From positions 41,643 to 105,642 of the forward strand of contig CAVRRC010000004.1 of assembly GCA_963723555.1 (NCBI GenBank): a DNA stretch of 64,000 bases. Reading direction: 5' to 3'. Below are positions 18,498 to 28,259 of this stretch, piece by piece; position 1 is the first letter of the stretch, and every line of letters starts with the position of its first letter. Source of the stretch: an uncultured Solirubrobacterales bacterium. GTDB taxonomy: Bacteria > Actinomycetota > Thermoleophilia > Solirubrobacterales > Solirubrobacteraceae. A program made the translations under genes and the position numbers. A model generated the notes under the pieces. It ran no database searches. It had not been told where the DNA came from and was given only the letters and a program-made list of their open reading frames with translations.

Positions 18498-19594
18498 GGC
18501 ATCCGTTGCTCGTCGCCGAACTGAGATCCTTGGAACCCCGTGAGGTCTCCACCGAACCCATCTCATTCAAGCCCGTGACCGAGCCCAGCCGCTCTGCGCC
18601 CGAACGCAAGCGGTTGCGCCGCCCGTACGTGCCGCTGTTTCGGCGCGTGGCGGCCGTCAATGCGCTGCTGCTGATCGGGGCGGTCGTGGTGACGATCGTC
18701 GTACTGGCGCCGCACAAGATCTCGTCGTTTGAGTTCAACGAGGAAGTCGTCGTCCTGGCTGCGGCGCTGGCCCTCGTCGCGTGCGTGAACCTGTATCTCC
18801 TCAGGCGGTTCATCCGGCCCTTGCAGGCACTGACGGCCCTGGCCCGCCGCGTCGACCTCGCCAATCCGGGAGAGAGGATGCCGGGCGCCGAGCCGACGTC
18901 GGAGGCCGGCGAGCTTGCCTTGACCTTCAACGAGATGCTCGACCGGTTGGAGGCCGAGCGGCGTGAGGCCACCGGCAGGGTGCTGGCCGGTCAGGAGGCC
19001 GAACGGCTGCGGATCGCCCAGGAGCTCCACGACCAGGTCGGGCAGGAGCTGACCGCGGTGCTGCTGATCCTCTCCCGGCTCCAGGCTCGGGTTCCCGCCG
19101 AGCTTCGCCCGGACGTGGTCGAGATCCAGAACGAGGTGCGCGGAAGTCTCCAGGATCTTCGCCGGATCGCCCTGGAGCTCAGACCGGAGGCGCTCGACGA
19201 CCTGGGACTGGCCAGTGCGCTGGCGGTGCTCGGACAGCGGTTCGCCGAGCGCTCGGCGCTCGAGGTGGTCGAGCACATCGGCCCGGACCTGCCGGCGCTC
19301 ACGCCCGAGGTGGAACTCGTCGTCTACCGAGTGGCCCAGGAGGCCCTCACCAATGTCGCCCGGCATTCCGGCGGCGACCGCGCCGAGCTGAGCCTCGACC
19401 GCGAGGATGGCCGGGTGATCCTCACCGTGCGGGACCAGGGCCATGGCTTGCCGGCGGGGCTGGTGCCGGGCACGGGGATGCGCGGGATGCGCGAGCGGGC
19501 GACGCTGATCGGCGCCAAGCTCGAGGTCGCCAACCGCTCCTCCAGCGGCGGCTGCGAGGTCCGGCTCGACGTACCGCTCGAGGATGGCCGATGA
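18494..19594 (+). CDS. Sensor histidine kinase (TM-HAMP-HisKA_3-HATPase_c)
   Basis: H-box EAERLRIAQELHDQVGQ, a HAMP-like linker and HATPase motifs (ALTNVARHS, DQGHG, GTGMRGMRER). The proposed TTG 18494 overlaps the upstream stop (TTGA); the start is uncertain. Confidence 0.8.
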   Translation: MRHPLLVAELRSLEPREVSTEPISFKPVTEPSRSAPERKRLRRPYVPLFRRVAAVNALLLIGAVVVTIVVLAPHKISSFEFNEEVVVLAAALALVACVNLYLLRRFIRPLQALTALARRVDLANPGERMPGAEPTSEAGELALTFNEMLDRLEAERREATGRVLAGQEAERLRIAQELHDQVGQELTAVLLILSRLQARVPAELRPDVVEIQNEVRGSLQDLRRIALELRPEALDDLGLASALAVLGQRFAERSALEVVEHIGPDLPALTPEVELVVYRVAQEALTNVARHSGGDRAELSLDREDGRVILTVRDQGHGLPAGLVPGTGMRGMRERATLIGAKLEVANRSSSGGCEVRLDVPLEDGR

Positions 19595-20253
19595 GTCCCA
19601 CGCCGCTGAAGGCACGCGTGCTGTTGGCCGACGACCACGCCGTGGTCCGCCGCGGGCTCCGGCTGGTGCTCGACGCCGAGCCCGACCTGGAGGTGGTGGC
19701 GGAAGCCGGCGACGGCGCGGAAACGGTCAAGCGTGCCCTCGAGGGCGACATCGACCTGGTGATCGTCGACATCTCGATGCCGCGCATGACCGGCCTCCAA
19801 GCGGTCGGGCAGCTGCACGCTCGCGATCCCGACCTCCGGATCCTGATCCTCTCGATGCACGAGAACGAGCAGTACCTGTACGAAGCTCTCAGGGCCGGTG
19901 CTTCCGGGTACGTGCTCAAGACGGCCGCCGACCGCGACCTCGTCGAGGCCTGCCGGGCGGCCTTGCGCGGCGAGCCGTTCCTGTATCCCGGCGCGATGAC
20001 GCCGCTGATCCGCGAGTTCCTGCGGGGCGCGCGGATCGATCTGCCGCTGCGCGAAGAGCCCCTTACGGGACGCGAACAGGAGGTCGTCAAGCTGATCGCC
20101 GAGGGCTACAGCAGCAAGCAGATCGCCGAGGCGCTGGTGATCAGCGAGAAGACGGTCGAGCGCCATCGAGCCAACGTCCTGGAAAAGCTCGGCATGCACG
20201 ACCGCGTCGAGCTCACTCGCTACGCGATCCGCCGCGGCCTGATCGAGCCCTAG
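19591..20253 (+). CDS. NarL/FixJ-family response regulator
   Basis: Receiver (VLLADDHAVVRRGL, LVIVDISMPRMTG, ILILSMH) plus a canonical LuxR HTH (LTGREQEVVKLIAEGYSSKQIAEALVISEKTVERHRANVLEKLG). ATGA overlap with the kinase gene. Confidence 0.9.
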   Translation: MSPTPLKARVLLADDHAVVRRGLRLVLDAEPDLEVVAEAGDGAETVKRALEGDIDLVIVDISMPRMTGLQAVGQLHARDPDLRILILSMHENEQYLYEALRAGASGYVLKTAADRDLVEACRAALRGEPFLYPGAMTPLIREFLRGARIDLPLREEPLTGREQEVVKLIAEGYSSKQIAEALVISEKTVERHRANVLEKLGMHDRVELTRYAIRRGLIEP

Positions 20254-20374
20254 CCATGCAGAACGCTGGGTCGCAACCCGGCGGCGCGTTGCCCGCGAGA
20301 CATTGCCGCCGGCGATTTTCGGGAGAGTAGAGTTGCCACAGCGATCGTCAATCTCGAGAGGGGAGAGCGGCCTA

Positions 20375-21421
20375 ATGTTCGAGCGAGACGGGGAGAAGTA
20401 CTTCGTCGTCGACTCTCACCTGCACTTTTGGGACGCCAGTCCTCAGAACTGGGTGAAGGGCCAGGAGCAGTACGCGAAAGGCTGGATCGAGTGCTTCCAC
20501 GCCTACATGGGGCTCGGTCCGCCGGAGACACACTGGCCGATCGAGAAGTTCCAGAAGTACTCCGAGGAGGATTTCGTCCGGGACGTGTTCGAGCAGGGTC
20601 ATGTCGACGCGGCGATCATGCAGTCGACGTACCTGAAGTCGTGGTACCGCGAGGGCTTCAACACCGCCGAGCGCAACGGCGCGCTGGCCGCCAAGCACCC
20701 GGGCCGGCTGATCGTCAACGGCCGCTTTGACCCACGTGAGGGTGAGGCGGGGCTGAAGCAGCTCGAGGAGGACGCCAAGCGCTACAACCTCCGGGGCGTG
20801 AAGCTGTACACCGCGGAGTGGTACAACGGCTCGCGGGGGTGGACGCTCACGGATCCCGAGGCGCAGGTGTTCCTCGACAAGTGCAAGGAGCTCGGGATCA
20901 AGAACATCCACGTCCACAAGGGTCCGACGATCTGGCCGCTCGACAAGGACGCGTTCGACGTCAAGGACGTCGACGTCGCCGCCACCAGCAATCCCGAGCT
21001 CAACTTCATCGTCGAGCACGTGGGCCTGCCCCGGATCGAGGACTTCTGCTTCATGGCCACCCAGGAGCCCAACGTGTACGCGGGGCTGGCGGTGGTGATC
21101 GGCGGGTTGATGCACGCCCGCCCGCGGTTCTTCGCCAAGGTGATGGGCGAGCTTCTGTTCTGGGTCGGAGAGGACAAGATGCTGTTCGGCAGCGACTACG
21201 CGATCTGGGAGCCGAAGTGGCAGCTCGAGGGGTTCATCGACTGGAAGATGCCCGCCGGCGACGAGTTCTCCGACTACCCGGCGGTCACCACCGCGACCAA
21301 GAAGAAGATCGTCGGGCTCAACGCCGCCAAGCTCTACGGCATCGAAGTCCCGCAGGAGCTCCGCTTGCCCGACGAGACGCCGGCGGCCAGGGAGGACGCG
21401 CAGCTGGTCGAATCGGCATGA
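20375..21421 (+). CDS. Amidohydrolase-2 family (TIM-barrel metal-dependent hydrolase)
   Basis: VVDSHLHFWD metal-binding motif, plus HVHKG and FGSDY motifs. ATG 20375 follows GAGAGGGGAGAG. Confidence 0.85.
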   Translation: MFERDGEKYFVVDSHLHFWDASPQNWVKGQEQYAKGWIECFHAYMGLGPPETHWPIEKFQKYSEEDFVRDVFEQGHVDAAIMQSTYLKSWYREGFNTAERNGALAAKHPGRLIVNGRFDPREGEAGLKQLEEDAKRYNLRGVKLYTAEWYNGSRGWTLTDPEAQVFLDKCKELGIKNIHVHKGPTIWPLDKDAFDVKDVDVAATSNPELNFIVEHVGLPRIEDFCFMATQEPNVYAGLAVVIGGLMHARPRFFAKVMGELLFWVGEDKMLFGSDYAIWEPKWQLEGFIDWKMPAGDEFSDYPAVTTATKKKIVGLNAAKLYGIEVPQELRLPDETPAAREDAQLVESA

Positions 21422-22122
21422 GCAGCTGCCGGGAGCGCGTGCTGGAGGCGCTCGGCGACGTCTACGACCCCGAGCTCGATGAGGCGATCACCGAACTCGG
21501 CTTCGTGACCTCGTGCGAGGTGACGCGCGACGGCGATGTCCAGCTTGTCCTGCGACTCCCGACGCCGCAGTGCGCCCCCAACTTCGCCTACCTGATGGCG
21601 GCCGACGCGCGCAATGCCGTGCGCCGGCTGCCCGGCGTGCGGACCGTGAGCGTGCTGCTCGAGGACCACTACACCGGCGAGGAGATCAACGCCGCCGTCG
21701 GCCGCGGCGAGGGGTTCACGGGGGCGTTTCCGGGCGAGACCGACGACGACGGGCTGGCCGCGCTGCGGGAGCTGTTCATGCGCAAGGCCCTGGTGGCGCG
21801 TCAGGCGAGGATGTGCGAGGCGCTTTTGGCTGCCGGGACGACCGAAGACGAGGTCGCCGCCCGTCGGGTGATCGACCTCGCCGATGGGCCCGATGCCGGG
21901 CGGTGCCTTCAGTTACGCCGGCATCTGGGCATTCCGAGCGACGACGACTCGCCGGCGTTCGTGCTCCCTGATGGGGCACCGATCGCTGCCCGCGAGTTGC
22001 GGCGCTGGCTGCGGATGGCCCGGCTGGTGCGGACCAGCCTCGACGTCAACGGGGGTATCTGTCGTTCGCTGCTCGAGGCCCGCCGCGTCCTGGCGGGCGA
22101 TCCAGGGGAGGTTGCGCGATGA
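21418..22122 (+). CDS. DUF59 (MIP18/SufT-like) iron-sulfur-assembly-domain protein with a C-terminal extension
   Basis: The N-terminus (LEALGDVYDPELDEAITELGFV...LRLPTPQCAPNF) matches the DUF59 pattern. ATGA overlap with the amidohydrolase gene. Confidence 0.75.
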   Translation: MSSCRERVLEALGDVYDPELDEAITELGFVTSCEVTRDGDVQLVLRLPTPQCAPNFAYLMAADARNAVRRLPGVRTVSVLLEDHYTGEEINAAVGRGEGFTGAFPGETDDDGLAALRELFMRKALVARQARMCEALLAAGTTEDEVAARRVIDLADGPDAGRCLQLRRHLGIPSDDDSPAFVLPDGAPIAARELRRWLRMARLVRTSLDVNGGICRSLLEARRVLAGDPGEVAR

Positions 22123-23153
22123 AGGCCGCGAGGCTGCATGCCTATCACGAGCCGCTGCAGCTCGACAGCGTCGATGAGCCGAACGTCCTGGAGCCGCTCG
22201 ACGTGGTGGTGCGGATCGGCGCCGCGGGCCTGTGCCGCACGGACCTGCACATCCAGGAGGGACAGTGGGCGGAGAAGTCGGGCGTGACCTTGCCATACAC
22301 GCCCGGCCACGAGAACGCCGGCTGGATCGAGGAGATCGGCTCAGCGGTCACCAACGTCGAGCGTGGGGACACGGTGATCGTCCATCCATTCATCTCCTGC
22401 GGCCTGTGTGTGCCGTGCCGTCGTGGCGATGACATGCACTGCCTGAGCGGGTCGTTCCCCGGGATCGATCGCGACGGTGGCTTCGCCGACTTCCTGCTGA
22501 CCTCGGCCCGCTCGGTGGTCAAGCTCGATCCAGGGCTCCAGCCGAAGGACATCGCCGCGCTCGCGGACGCGGGGCTGACCGCGATCCACGCGGTCAAGAA
22601 GGCGATCCCGGTGCTGAGCGCCGGCACCCGCGCAGTGGTGATCGGGGCCGGTGGCCTTGGCCATATCGGGATTCAGTGCCTGAAGGCGATGACCCCGACC
22701 GAGGTCATCGTGATCGATCCCTCCGAGCAGGCGCTGGCCTTGGCGGGAGGGATGGGCGCTGATCAGACCGTGAAGGTCGACGGCAACCACGTCGACACGG
22801 TCAAGGAGATGACCGATGGGCTCGGCGCCGAGGCGATCATCGACTTCGTCGGCGAGAAGGGAGCGATCGAGGACGGGATCGCCATGGTCCGCGACGGCGG
22901 CTTCTACTACGTGATCGGCTACGGCGAGAACATCAACCTGCCCACGATCGACGTCATCTCCCGCGAGATCTCCTTCATCGGCAACCTCGTCGGGACCTAC
23001 GACGACCTCGTCGAGCTGATGACCCTGACCGCGCAGGGCAAGGTCAGCCTCCACACCAGCACCTATCCGCTCGACGCGATCAACGACGCGATGGCCGATC
23101 TCGACGGCGGACGACTCCAGGGCCGCGGCATCCTGATCCCCGCCGGCGCCTGA
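22119..23153 (+). CDS. NAD(P)-dependent zinc alcohol dehydrogenase
   Basis: GLCRTDLH and PGHENAG motifs, a structural-zinc site (CGLCVPCRRGDDMHC) and GAGGLGH. 4-nt overlap with the DUF59 gene. Confidence 0.9.
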   Translation: MKAARLHAYHEPLQLDSVDEPNVLEPLDVVVRIGAAGLCRTDLHIQEGQWAEKSGVTLPYTPGHENAGWIEEIGSAVTNVERGDTVIVHPFISCGLCVPCRRGDDMHCLSGSFPGIDRDGGFADFLLTSARSVVKLDPGLQPKDIAALADAGLTAIHAVKKAIPVLSAGTRAVVIGAGGLGHIGIQCLKAMTPTEVIVIDPSEQALALAGGMGADQTVKVDGNHVDTVKEMTDGLGAEAIIDFVGEKGAIEDGIAMVRDGGFYYVIGYGENINLPTIDVISREISFIGNLVGTYDDLVELMTLTAQGKVSLHTSTYPLDAINDAMADLDGGRLQGRGILIPAGA

Positions 23154-23187
23154 GCTGCGTCGGCGCCTGGCGCTCAGAGGCCGTCTC

Positions 23188-25212
23188 CTAGGCCGGGTCC
23201 TGCTCGGGCACCAGCTCCGCGGCCCGCATCGGCGCGCCGGCGGCGGCGTACGCGTCCGCGGCGTCCAGCGTCTCGGCCTTCAGCAGCGCCTGGGTGAGGC
23301 TCTCGAGCTGGTCGCGGTGCTCGGTGAGCAGCTTGGTGACCTCGGCGTGGGCCTCGTCGACGAGCCGGCGGACTTCCTCGTCGAGCAGCCACTGGGTTTG
23401 GGGCGAGGTCTCGCTCACGCCCGGCAGGAGCGGACCCTGGCCGTCGCTCGGGAGCACGGCGATCGGCCCCACCTTGTCGCTCATGCCCCAGCGGCCGACC
23501 ATCTGGCGGGCGATCTGGGTCAGTTGCTGGATGTCGGATTCGGCTCCGGTGGTGACCTTGCCGTAGACCACCTCCTCGGCGACGCGACCGCCGAGCGCGA
23601 CCTGGATCTTGGCCTCGAGATCCTCGCGGGAGTAGGACACGCGGTCGGCGTCGGGGGTGGCCAGCGTCACCCCGAGCGCCATCCCCCGGGGAATGATCGA
23701 GACCTTGCGGACCGGGTCGGCGTCGGGGGTGAGCATGCCAACGAGCGCGTGACCGGATTCGTGGTAGGCGGTCCGCTCCCGATCATCGGGGCTGAGGATG
23801 ATCCCGCGCGGCGCCCCGAGCAGGATCTTCTCGAGCGAGTCGGTGAGGTCAGCCATCTGCACCTTCTCGTGGTCGCGCCGGGCCGCGAGCAGCGCGGCCT
23901 CGTTGGCGAGGTTGGCCAGATCGGCGCCGACCATCCCGATAGTGGCGGCGGCCAGCGCGTCGAGATCGACGTCGTCGGCCAGCGGCAGCGAGCGTGTGTG
24001 GACGGCGAGGATCTGCCGGCGCCCGGCGCGGTCCGGCGCATGGACGGCCACGCGGCGGTCGAAGCGGCCGGGGCGCAGCAGCGCCGGGTCGAGGATCTCC
24101 GGGCGGTTGGTCGCGCCCAGGACCACCACCGCCTCGGTGGACTCAAAGCCGTCCATCTCGGTCAGGATCTGATCGAGCGTCTGCTCGCGCTCGTCGTTGG
24201 CGCCGGTGACCGAGATCGAGCCCTGCCGGGAGCGTCCGATCGCGTCGAGCTCGTCGATGAAGACGATCGAGGGCGCGGCGTCCTTCGCCTTCGCGAACAG
24301 GTCGCGCACGCGGGATGCGCCGACCCCGACGATGGCCTCGATGAACTCCGACGCCGCGATCGAGAAGAACGCCGCGTGGGCCTCGCCGGCCACGGCCCGG
24401 GCGAGCAGCGTCTTGCCCGTCCCGGGCGGTCCGTAGAGGAGCACTCCGTGCGGCATCCGCCCACCCAGTTTCTGATAGCGCTGGGGGGTCTTGAGGAAGT
24501 CGACGATCTCGGTCAGCTCCCGCTTGGCCTCGTCAATGCCGGCCACGTCGTCGAAGGTAACCCGGATCTTCTCGGGATCGACGCGGCGCGCCTGCGAGCG
24601 GCCGAAGTTCCCCAACGCGCCCATCCCGCCGGACGTCGCCCGCCTGGCCAGCAGCACGAACAAGCCCACCAGCAACAGCGTCGGGCCGAACCCCAGCAGC
24701 AGCTCGGCCAACAGCGAGGTCCCCGGATTGGGGTTCGTGGCGTTGACCTCGACCTTCTCTGACTGAAGTAGCTGGGTCAGCGCGGTGTTGTTCCAGAACG
24801 ACGGCACCTGGGTCGAGAACAGCGTCGTGGTCTTCGCGTTCTTGTCCGCCGGCGGGTAGGTCACCTTGGCCTTGAACGTGCCCTGGATCGTGTCCCCCTT
24901 GGAGGAGATCGACTTGACCTGTCCCGCCTCCAGGTGCTGCAGGAAGTACGGGCTGAAGGGCACCTTCACGCGGGGCTGGCCGGGCGCCTGGAACAGCAGC
25001 AACATGATCCAGTTCAGCGCCAGCAACGCGATCACGAAGATCCAGAAGCCGCGCAGCCGGTGCGGCGGGGGTGGCTTGTGCTGCGCCGGCGTGCCCCGGC
25101 CATCCGGCGCCGGCGCCACCCGCCAACCGCGCTCATCGCGCGGCATCGGCGGCGGCGGGACTCCCTTGGGTGCGGCTTGCGGGCTATCTGGTTCGCGGGG
25201 CGTGCCAGTCAC
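23188..25212 (-). CDS. ftsH: ATP-dependent zinc metalloprotease FtsH
   Basis: Two TM helices. AAA+ Walker A (GPPGTGKT), Walker B (IVFIDELD) and SRH. HEXXH zinc site (HESGHAL). Confidence 0.92.
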   Translation of the reverse strand: MTGTPREPDSPQAAPKGVPPPPMPRDERGWRVAPAPDGRGTPAQHKPPPPHRLRGFWIFVIALLALNWIMLLLFQAPGQPRVKVPFSPYFLQHLEAGQVKSISSKGDTIQGTFKAKVTYPPADKNAKTTTLFSTQVPSFWNNTALTQLLQSEKVEVNATNPNPGTSLLAELLLGFGPTLLLVGLFVLLARRATSGGMGALGNFGRSQARRVDPEKIRVTFDDVAGIDEAKRELTEIVDFLKTPQRYQKLGGRMPHGVLLYGPPGTGKTLLARAVAGEAHAAFFSIAASEFIEAIVGVGASRVRDLFAKAKDAAPSIVFIDELDAIGRSRQGSISVTGANDEREQTLDQILTEMDGFESTEAVVVLGATNRPEILDPALLRPGRFDRRVAVHAPDRAGRRQILAVHTRSLPLADDVDLDALAAATIGMVGADLANLANEAALLAARRDHEKVQMADLTDSLEKILLGAPRGIILSPDDRERTAYHESGHALVGMLTPDADPVRKVSIIPRGMALGVTLATPDADRVSYSREDLEAKIQVALGGRVAEEVVYGKVTTGAESDIQQLTQIARQMVGRWGMSDKVGPIAVLPSDGQGPLLPGVSETSPQTQWLLDEEVRRLVDEAHAEVTKLLTEHRDQLESLTQALLKAETLDAADAYAAAGAPMRAAELVPEQDPA

Positions 25213-25271
25213 GATACTCGGTGGCGCGCGGCGCTCCCCCGGGGCGCCGGCGGCTCAGCCCCGCCCGCTGC

Positions 25272-25487
25272 TCAGTCGCCGCTCTCGTACTTGAACGAGA
25301 TGCCGAGCCGGACCCGGAAGCTGACGATTCCTCCGTTCTCGATCGTTACGTCCTGGCGCAGCACCTCCGCCACCCGGAGGTCGCGGACGCTCTTGGCCGC
25401 CGTCTCCACCGCGTTTCGCGCGGCAGCTTCCCACGACTCGCTGCTGACGCCAATGACTTCCGTGACGCGGTACACGCTGTCTGCCAT
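25272..25487 (-). CDS. Dodecin-family flavin-binding protein
   Basis: 71 aa. VYRVTEVIGVSSESWEAAARNAVETAAKSVRDLRVAEV matches the characteristic dodecin pattern. Confidence 0.85.
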   Translation of the reverse strand: MADSVYRVTEVIGVSSESWEAAARNAVETAAKSVRDLRVAEVLRQDVTIENGGIVSFRVRLGISFKYESGD

Positions 25488-25606
25488 CGCGGGCCTCCTC
25501 GGGGTAGGGCGTTTGGTCGCTGACCGTCGTTAGGGCGGGGTTAGCCTACACCCGCGGATGACGCTCGCGTGTCCAGTCACGTCGGCGTCGAGCGCCACCG
25601 CGGCGG

Positions 25607-25873
25607 TCAGCTCGCCAGCTCGGCGGGGGCCGAGTCCAGCGCGGCCTGGATCGCCGCAACCAGCTCACGCGCGGAGGCGGCGCTGAGCTCCACCGCGACC
25701 CGGGCCGACGGGCCCTTCGCCGGGTCGGCGAAGTCGATGTTGAGCGTGTGCTCGGCCAGGGCGTGAACGGGATGGTCGAAGTAGACCGTGCCGTCGGTGA
25801 CGTGGAACCAGCCGCTGCCGGGTCCCTTCGCGCTGCCGTCGAGCGTGGTCTTCACGGTCGCGTAGGTGCACAT
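25607..25873 (-). CDS. Small conserved hypothetical protein (DUF6295-like)
   Basis: 88 aa starting MCTYATV. ATG 25873 is preceded by GGAGG and lies 2 nt after the upstream gene's stop. The family call is from memory only. The longer ORF to 26221 overlaps the hydrolase gene. Confidence 0.55.
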   Translation of the reverse strand: MCTYATVKTTLDGSAKGPGSGWFHVTDGTVYFDHPVHALAEHTLNIDFADPAKGPSARVAVELSAASARELVAAIQAALDSAPAELAS

Positions 25874-25875
25874 CT

Positions 25876-26664
25876 TCAGCCTCCGAGGTGGGTCTCGAGG
25901 AACGCCGTGATTCGCTCCCAGCCGTCGTTCGCCGCCGCCACCCGGTAGGCGGGGCGGTCGACGGAGAAGAACGCGTGTCCGGCGTCGTCGTAGCGATGGA
26001 ACTCGTGTGGCTTGCCCTCGGCGGTGAGGATCCGGTCGAGCTCGTCGACCTGCTCGGGGCTGGGGTGGGAGTCCTCGTTGCCGAACAGTCCCAGCAGCGG
26101 CGGGCGCAGGTTGGGTAGCTGGTCGACGAGATTTCGGATCTTGAGCGGGAACCCCTCCGGCGGCGTGCCGACAACGAACGCGCCATAGCAGTCGACGGCG
26201 GCGTCGAGGTCGAGGTTGCACGCCGCCAGCACGGCCTGCCGTCCCCCCGAGCAGTAGCCGATCACCCCCACCTTCCCGTTCGAGCTCGGCAGCGAGCGCA
26301 GATGGGCGGCGGCGCCACCGACGTCGCCGACCAGCCGCTCGTCCGGGACGCCCCCCTGCGCCCGCGCCGTGGCCGCAGCGTCATCGGGCGCCGCGCCGGG
26401 CGCTTCGCGCCAGTACAGGTTCGGGCAGATCCCGTCGTAGCCAAGCTCGGCGAACCGCCGGACGATCTCCTTGGTGGCGCGGTCATAGCCGGGCATGTGA
26501 TGGATCACGACGACGCCGCCACGCGGCCCGTCGCCGGCGGGACGGGCGAGGTAGGCCTCGATCTCATCGCCACCGTGCCCGGTGATGCGAACTGTCTCGG
26601 CGGTCATTGAATCGGTCATGACGCGCGATTCAATCATGGCGGTGGCGGGGTGGCGTCGCGGCAT
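25876..26664 (-). CDS. Dienelactone hydrolase family protein
   Basis: DLH pattern (GVVVIHHMPGYD, nucleophile elbow GYCSGG, C-terminal HAF). The start is uncertain, with ATGs at 26664, 26637, 26619 and 26607. Confidence 0.8.
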   Translation of the reverse strand: MPRRHPATAMIESRVMTDSMTAETVRITGHGGDEIEAYLARPAGDGPRGGVVVIHHMPGYDRATKEIVRRFAELGYDGICPNLYWREAPGAAPDDAAATARAQGGVPDERLVGDVGGAAAHLRSLPSSNGKVGVIGYCSGGRQAVLAACNLDLDAAVDCYGAFVVGTPPEGFPLKIRNLVDQLPNLRPPLLGLFGNEDSHPSPEQVDELDRILTAEGKPHEFHRYDDAGHAFFSVDRPAYRVAAANDGWERITAFLETHLGG

Positions 26665-26711
26665 CGCGACGGTCGTCGCCCTCGGCCGATGGGCCCCGAT
26701 AGGCTGGAAGC

Positions 26712-27476
26712 GTGTTGCGCGAAGCGGCGGAGTACCCGAACTCGTTCATCGAGTTGGGTCCCGGGGAGGAGCGCATCGAGACCGATCGCTACACGCTGTG
26801 CATGTCGGCGGGGAAGCGTTCGAACACAGTCCAGCGACAGCGATTTGCGGGCGAGGAGCTGGACGAGGTACTGGCCGAGGTCAGATCGCTGCTGCTCGAG
26901 CGGGGGCGCGTGCGCACCCAGTGGGAGATCGGCAGCGCCGCCGAGCCCGACGATCTGGCGGCGCAGCTGTTGGCCCGGGGCCTCGTCCACGACCGCGACC
27001 CGTTTGCCGTGGCGGTCGTGTTGCGCAGCCCGCCGCCCGCGCCGGCGGCGGGGTTGCTCGCCCGCCGCGTCGAGACGGAGGACGAGTACGTGGGCGCCAC
27101 CGAGGTGCAGCTGGAGGCGTTCGGGGCCGACCCGCAGGAGATCGCCGAGGAGCGCGTGGGCGCGCGCGAGCGGTGGCGGCGGTCGCCGAGCATCATGCAC
27201 GCGGTATGGCTGGAGGGCGAGATCGTGGGCGCCGGCACGTGCTCGTGGACGCCCCATGGATTGGCGCTGTTCGGAGGCGCCACGCTGCCGCGGGCACGCG
27301 GCCGCGGCGTCTACCGCGCGCTGATCGAGGCCCGCTGGCGCGAGGCCGCGAGCGCGCCGGCGCCGGCGCTGATCACGCAGGCGGGCGCGATGTCTCAGCC
27401 GATCCTGGAGCGGTTGGGATTCGAGCCGGTAGGCCGAATCGAGACGCTGGTCGACGAGTTTGGCGCCATCGCGTAA
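26712..27476 (+). CDS. GNAT-family N-acetyltransferase
   Basis: Acetyl-CoA-binding motif RGRGVYRALIEARW in the C-terminal half. Divergent from the hydrolase gene. Confidence 0.75.
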   Translation: MLREAAEYPNSFIELGPGEERIETDRYTLCMSAGKRSNTVQRQRFAGEELDEVLAEVRSLLLERGRVRTQWEIGSAAEPDDLAAQLLARGLVHDRDPFAVAVVLRSPPPAPAAGLLARRVETEDEYVGATEVQLEAFGADPQEIAEERVGARERWRRSPSIMHAVWLEGEIVGAGTCSWTPHGLALFGGATLPRARGRGVYRALIEARWREAASAPAPALITQAGAMSQPILERLGFEPVGRIETLVDEFGAIA

Positions 27477-27521
27477 CGGCCGAACCTCACAGAATGCTCG
27501 CCGTCCGCGTCCTATACGCAG

Positions 27522-28259
27522 ATGACTCCCACCACCACCGCCACCCAGCCGGCCGCGATCGGTGAGCGGATCAGCTCGCTTGACTGGACGCAGCTGCGCC
27601 GGCAACTCGATACCCACGGGTTCGCGATCACCGAGCGCTTGCTCGACCCGGACCACTGCCGAAGGCTGGCCGACCTGTTCGACGATGGCCACTTTCGCTC
27701 GACCGTCGAGATGGCCCGCCACCGGTTCGGGGAAGGTCGCTATCGCTACTTCGAGCACCCGCTGCCCGACACGATCGCCGCCCTGCGGCGTTCCTTCTAC
27801 CCTCACCTCGCCTCGATCGCCAACGACTGGTCGCGGCTGCTGCGCGGCGAGACCAAATCATTTCCATCACAGCACGAGCGCCTGCTGGAGCGCTGCCGCG
27901 AAGCGGGTCAGACCCGTCCGACGCCGCTGATCCTGCGCTATCACCGGGGCGACTGGAACGCGCTGCACCAGGACCTGTACGGAGAGGTGTTCTTCCCCTT
28001 CCAGGCCCTGACCGTCCTCTCCGAGCCCGGGGTCGAGTTCGAGGGCGGCGAGTTCGTGCTCCTCGAGCAGCGACCCCGCGCACAGAGCCGAGCGCACGTC
28101 TTGACCCCGCCACAAGGCGCCTTCGTGATCTTTCCGACCCGCGAGCGACCCCACCCGGGCAAGAACGGCTACCACCGCATCGGGCTCCGCCACGGCGTCA
28201 GCACCGTGACCCGCGGCGAGCGGACCGCGCTCGGGATCATCTTCCACGACGCCCGCTAG
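27522..28259 (+). CDS. 2OG-Fe(II) oxygenase (PF09859-type, prolyl-hydroxylase/AlkB-like)
   Basis: FGEGRYRYF, LRYHRGDWNALHQDLYGE (HxD) and HGVSTVTRGERTALGIIFHDA (distal His/Arg). Confidence 0.8.
   Translation: MTPTTTATQPAAIGERISSLDWTQLRRQLDTHGFAITERLLDPDHCRRLADLFDDGHFRSTVEMARHRFGEGRYRYFEHPLPDTIAALRRSFYPHLASIANDWSRLLRGETKSFPSQHERLLERCREAGQTRPTPLILRYHRGDWNALHQDLYGEVFFPFQALTVLSEPGVEFEGGEFVLLEQRPRAQSRAHVLTPPQGAFVIFPTRERPHPGKNGYHRIGLRHGVSTVTRGERTALGIIFHDAR

Noticed and set aside
25607-26221. 204-aa ORF extending the small DUF6295-like gene upstream
   Set aside because: The extension overlaps the dienelactone hydrolase gene in another frame and is Arg/Pro-rich. An ATG with GGAGG at 25873 gives a compact 88-aa protein.
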